Origin: Chiloscyllium plagiosum
Taxonomy: Eukaryota
NCBI RefSeq assembly: GCF_004010195.1
Contig: NC_057719.1
Coordinates: 19,539,562-19,603,561, forward strand
Direction of reading: 5' to 3'
DNA length: 64,000 bases
The notes beneath the pieces are model-generated. The model was not told the DNA's origin. It was given only the letters and a program-made list of their open reading frames with translations, and searched no databases. Made by a program: the position numbers and the translations under genes. Positions within the stretch are counted from its first letter, which is position 1. Each line of letters opens with the position of its first letter. Positions 62,601 through 64,000 of the stretch are shown here, in pieces.

Positions 62601-63590
62601 AGGTAAAAACAATATATCCCTGGTGGTGGGGTCTTTTTGGAGGTTGCGGAATCTGAGGGCGGAGGTGCGGGATGTGGACAAGATGCGTTGGAGGGCATCT
62701 TTAATCACTTCCTCTTTAACCAATTCCTCCGCCTCTGCCGTATCTGCTCCCAGGAGGACCGGTTCCACCACAGAACACACCAGATGGCCTCCTTCTTTAG
62801 AGACCACAATTTCCCTTCCCAGGTTAAAGATGCCCTCCAATGCATCTCGTCCACATCCCGCACCTCCGCCCTCAGACCCCACCCCTCCAACCGTAACAAA
62901 GACAGAANNNNNNNNNNNNNNNNNNNNNNNNNNNNNNNNNNNNNNNNNNNNNNNNNNNNNNNNNNNNNNNNNNNNNNNNNNNNNNNNNNNNNNNNNNNNN
63001 NNNNNNNNNNNNNNNNNNNNNNNNNNNNNNNNNNNNNNNNNNNNNNNNNNNNNNNNNNNNNNNNNNNNNNNNNNNNNNNNNNNNNNNNNNNNNNNNNNNN
63101 NNNNNNNNNNNNNNNNNNNNNNNNNNNNNNNNNNNNNNNNNNNNNNNNNNNNNNNNNNNNNNNNNNNNNNNNNNNNNNNNNNNNNNNNNNNNNNNNNNNN
63201 NNNNNNNNNNNNNNNNNNNNNNNNNNNNNNNNNNNNNNNNNNNNNNNNNNNNNNNNNNNNNNNNNNNNNNNNNNNNNNNNNNNNNNNNNNNNNNNNNNNN
63301 NNNNNNNNNNNNNNNNNNNNNNNNNNNNNNNNNNNNNNNNNNNNNNNNNNNNNNNNNNNNNNNNNNNNNNNNNNNNNNNNNNNNNNNNNNNNNNNNNNNN
63401 NNNNNNNNNNNNTCACCCATTGTACTCTATGCTACTTTCTCCCCACCCCCCCCCTCCTCTAGCTTATCTCTCCACGCTTCAGGCTCACTGCCTTTATTCC
63501 TGATGAAGGGCTTTTGCCCGAAACATCGATTTCGCTGCTCCTTGGATGCTGCCTGAACTGCTGTGCTCTTCCAGCACCACCAATCCAGAA
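62601..63590 (+). mobile_element. Penelope-like element with inverted 5' segment, spanning a gap
   Basis: 62612-62703 is PLE ORF sequence on -, and 62705-62907 is on + (QFLRLCRICSQEDRFH); pLTR at 63413-63590. 16-bp TSD ttttatacaa(t/a)caatg at 62585-62600 and 63591-63606. Confidence 0.88.
63500..63527 (+). ncRNA. Minimal hammerhead core (type A)
   Basis: CUGAUGA-A-GGGC-UUUU-GCCC-GAAA-CA-UC. Confidence 0.72.
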
Positions 63591-63789
63591 TTTTATACAA
63601 ACAATGTTTATCTCCCAGTCAGCATCACCAAGATTAGCTTGCAATTTCAAATTTTATTAATTTAATTTTAGATTCCACATTACCATGGTTGAATTTGAAT
63701 TTGAGGCAAAATTTCCAAAGCATTAGCTGAGCCTCTGGATTTCTAACCCAATTACATTACCACCACATCACCATTTCCACAATTGAGTG

Positions 63790-64000
63790 AGAAATGGAGT
63801 TTGATAGACGTGAGGTGCTGCATTTTGGTAAGGTAAATCAGGGCAGGACTTAATAGTAAGATCTTGGGGAGTGTTGCCAAACAGAGACCTTGGAGTATAA
63901 GTTCATGGTGACTTGAAAGATAAGTCACAGGTAAACACGGCAGTGAAGAAGGCATTTGGTTTGTTTGCCGATATTGGTCAGAACACTGAGTATAGGAGTT
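63790..64000 (+). mobile_element. CR1 LINE fragment running off the window
   Basis: EVLHFGKVNQGR and VKKAFG motifs. Confidence 0.8.

Noticed and set aside
57854..64000. Next upstream PLB1-like exon (candidates at ~59170 and ~60855)
   Set aside because: Wrong phase or no PLB1-like peptide; the exon is probably outside the window.
1..64000. CRISPR arrays, operons or other prokaryotic systems
   Set aside because: No regularly spaced repeat-spacer array; the sequence is clearly vertebrate, with spliceosomal introns and retroelements.

Overview
Eukaryotic, repeat-dense genomic DNA, most likely from a cartilaginous fish (inferred from HE1-like tRNA-derived SINEs, HER1/CR1-like LINEs and abundant Penelope-like elements). 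It contains three N gaps (~5699-5763, ~33385-33912, ~62908-63412). The only host gene I can support is the 3' part of a phospholipase B1 (PLB1)-like GDSL/SGNH lipase on the minus strand. Six coding exons (57851->41855) have canonical GT-AG borders and matching phases, an intact D-C-F-H catalytic motif and a GPI-signal-like C-terminus; its 5' exons lie beyond the window. The rest is nested transposable elements: CR1 LINEs (one near full length), a second CR1/L2-group LINE family, SINEs, a decayed Gypsy element, three solo LTRs, two Tx1-like LINE 3' fragments and many Penelope-like elements (PLEs). The most notable signals are these. (1) Minimal type I hammerhead ribozyme cores of three sequence types lie in PLE terminal repeats, several in short ORF-less fold-back elements with target-site duplications. 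(2) A Tx1-like fragment occurs twice with the same 5' junction and the same downstream LTR site, suggesting an LTR-targeting retroelement. (3) There is a ~140 bp non-coding hairpin, plus enhancer-like blocks with Pbx-Hox motifs. All calls were made by eye; TE boundaries are approximate unless a TSD is given.
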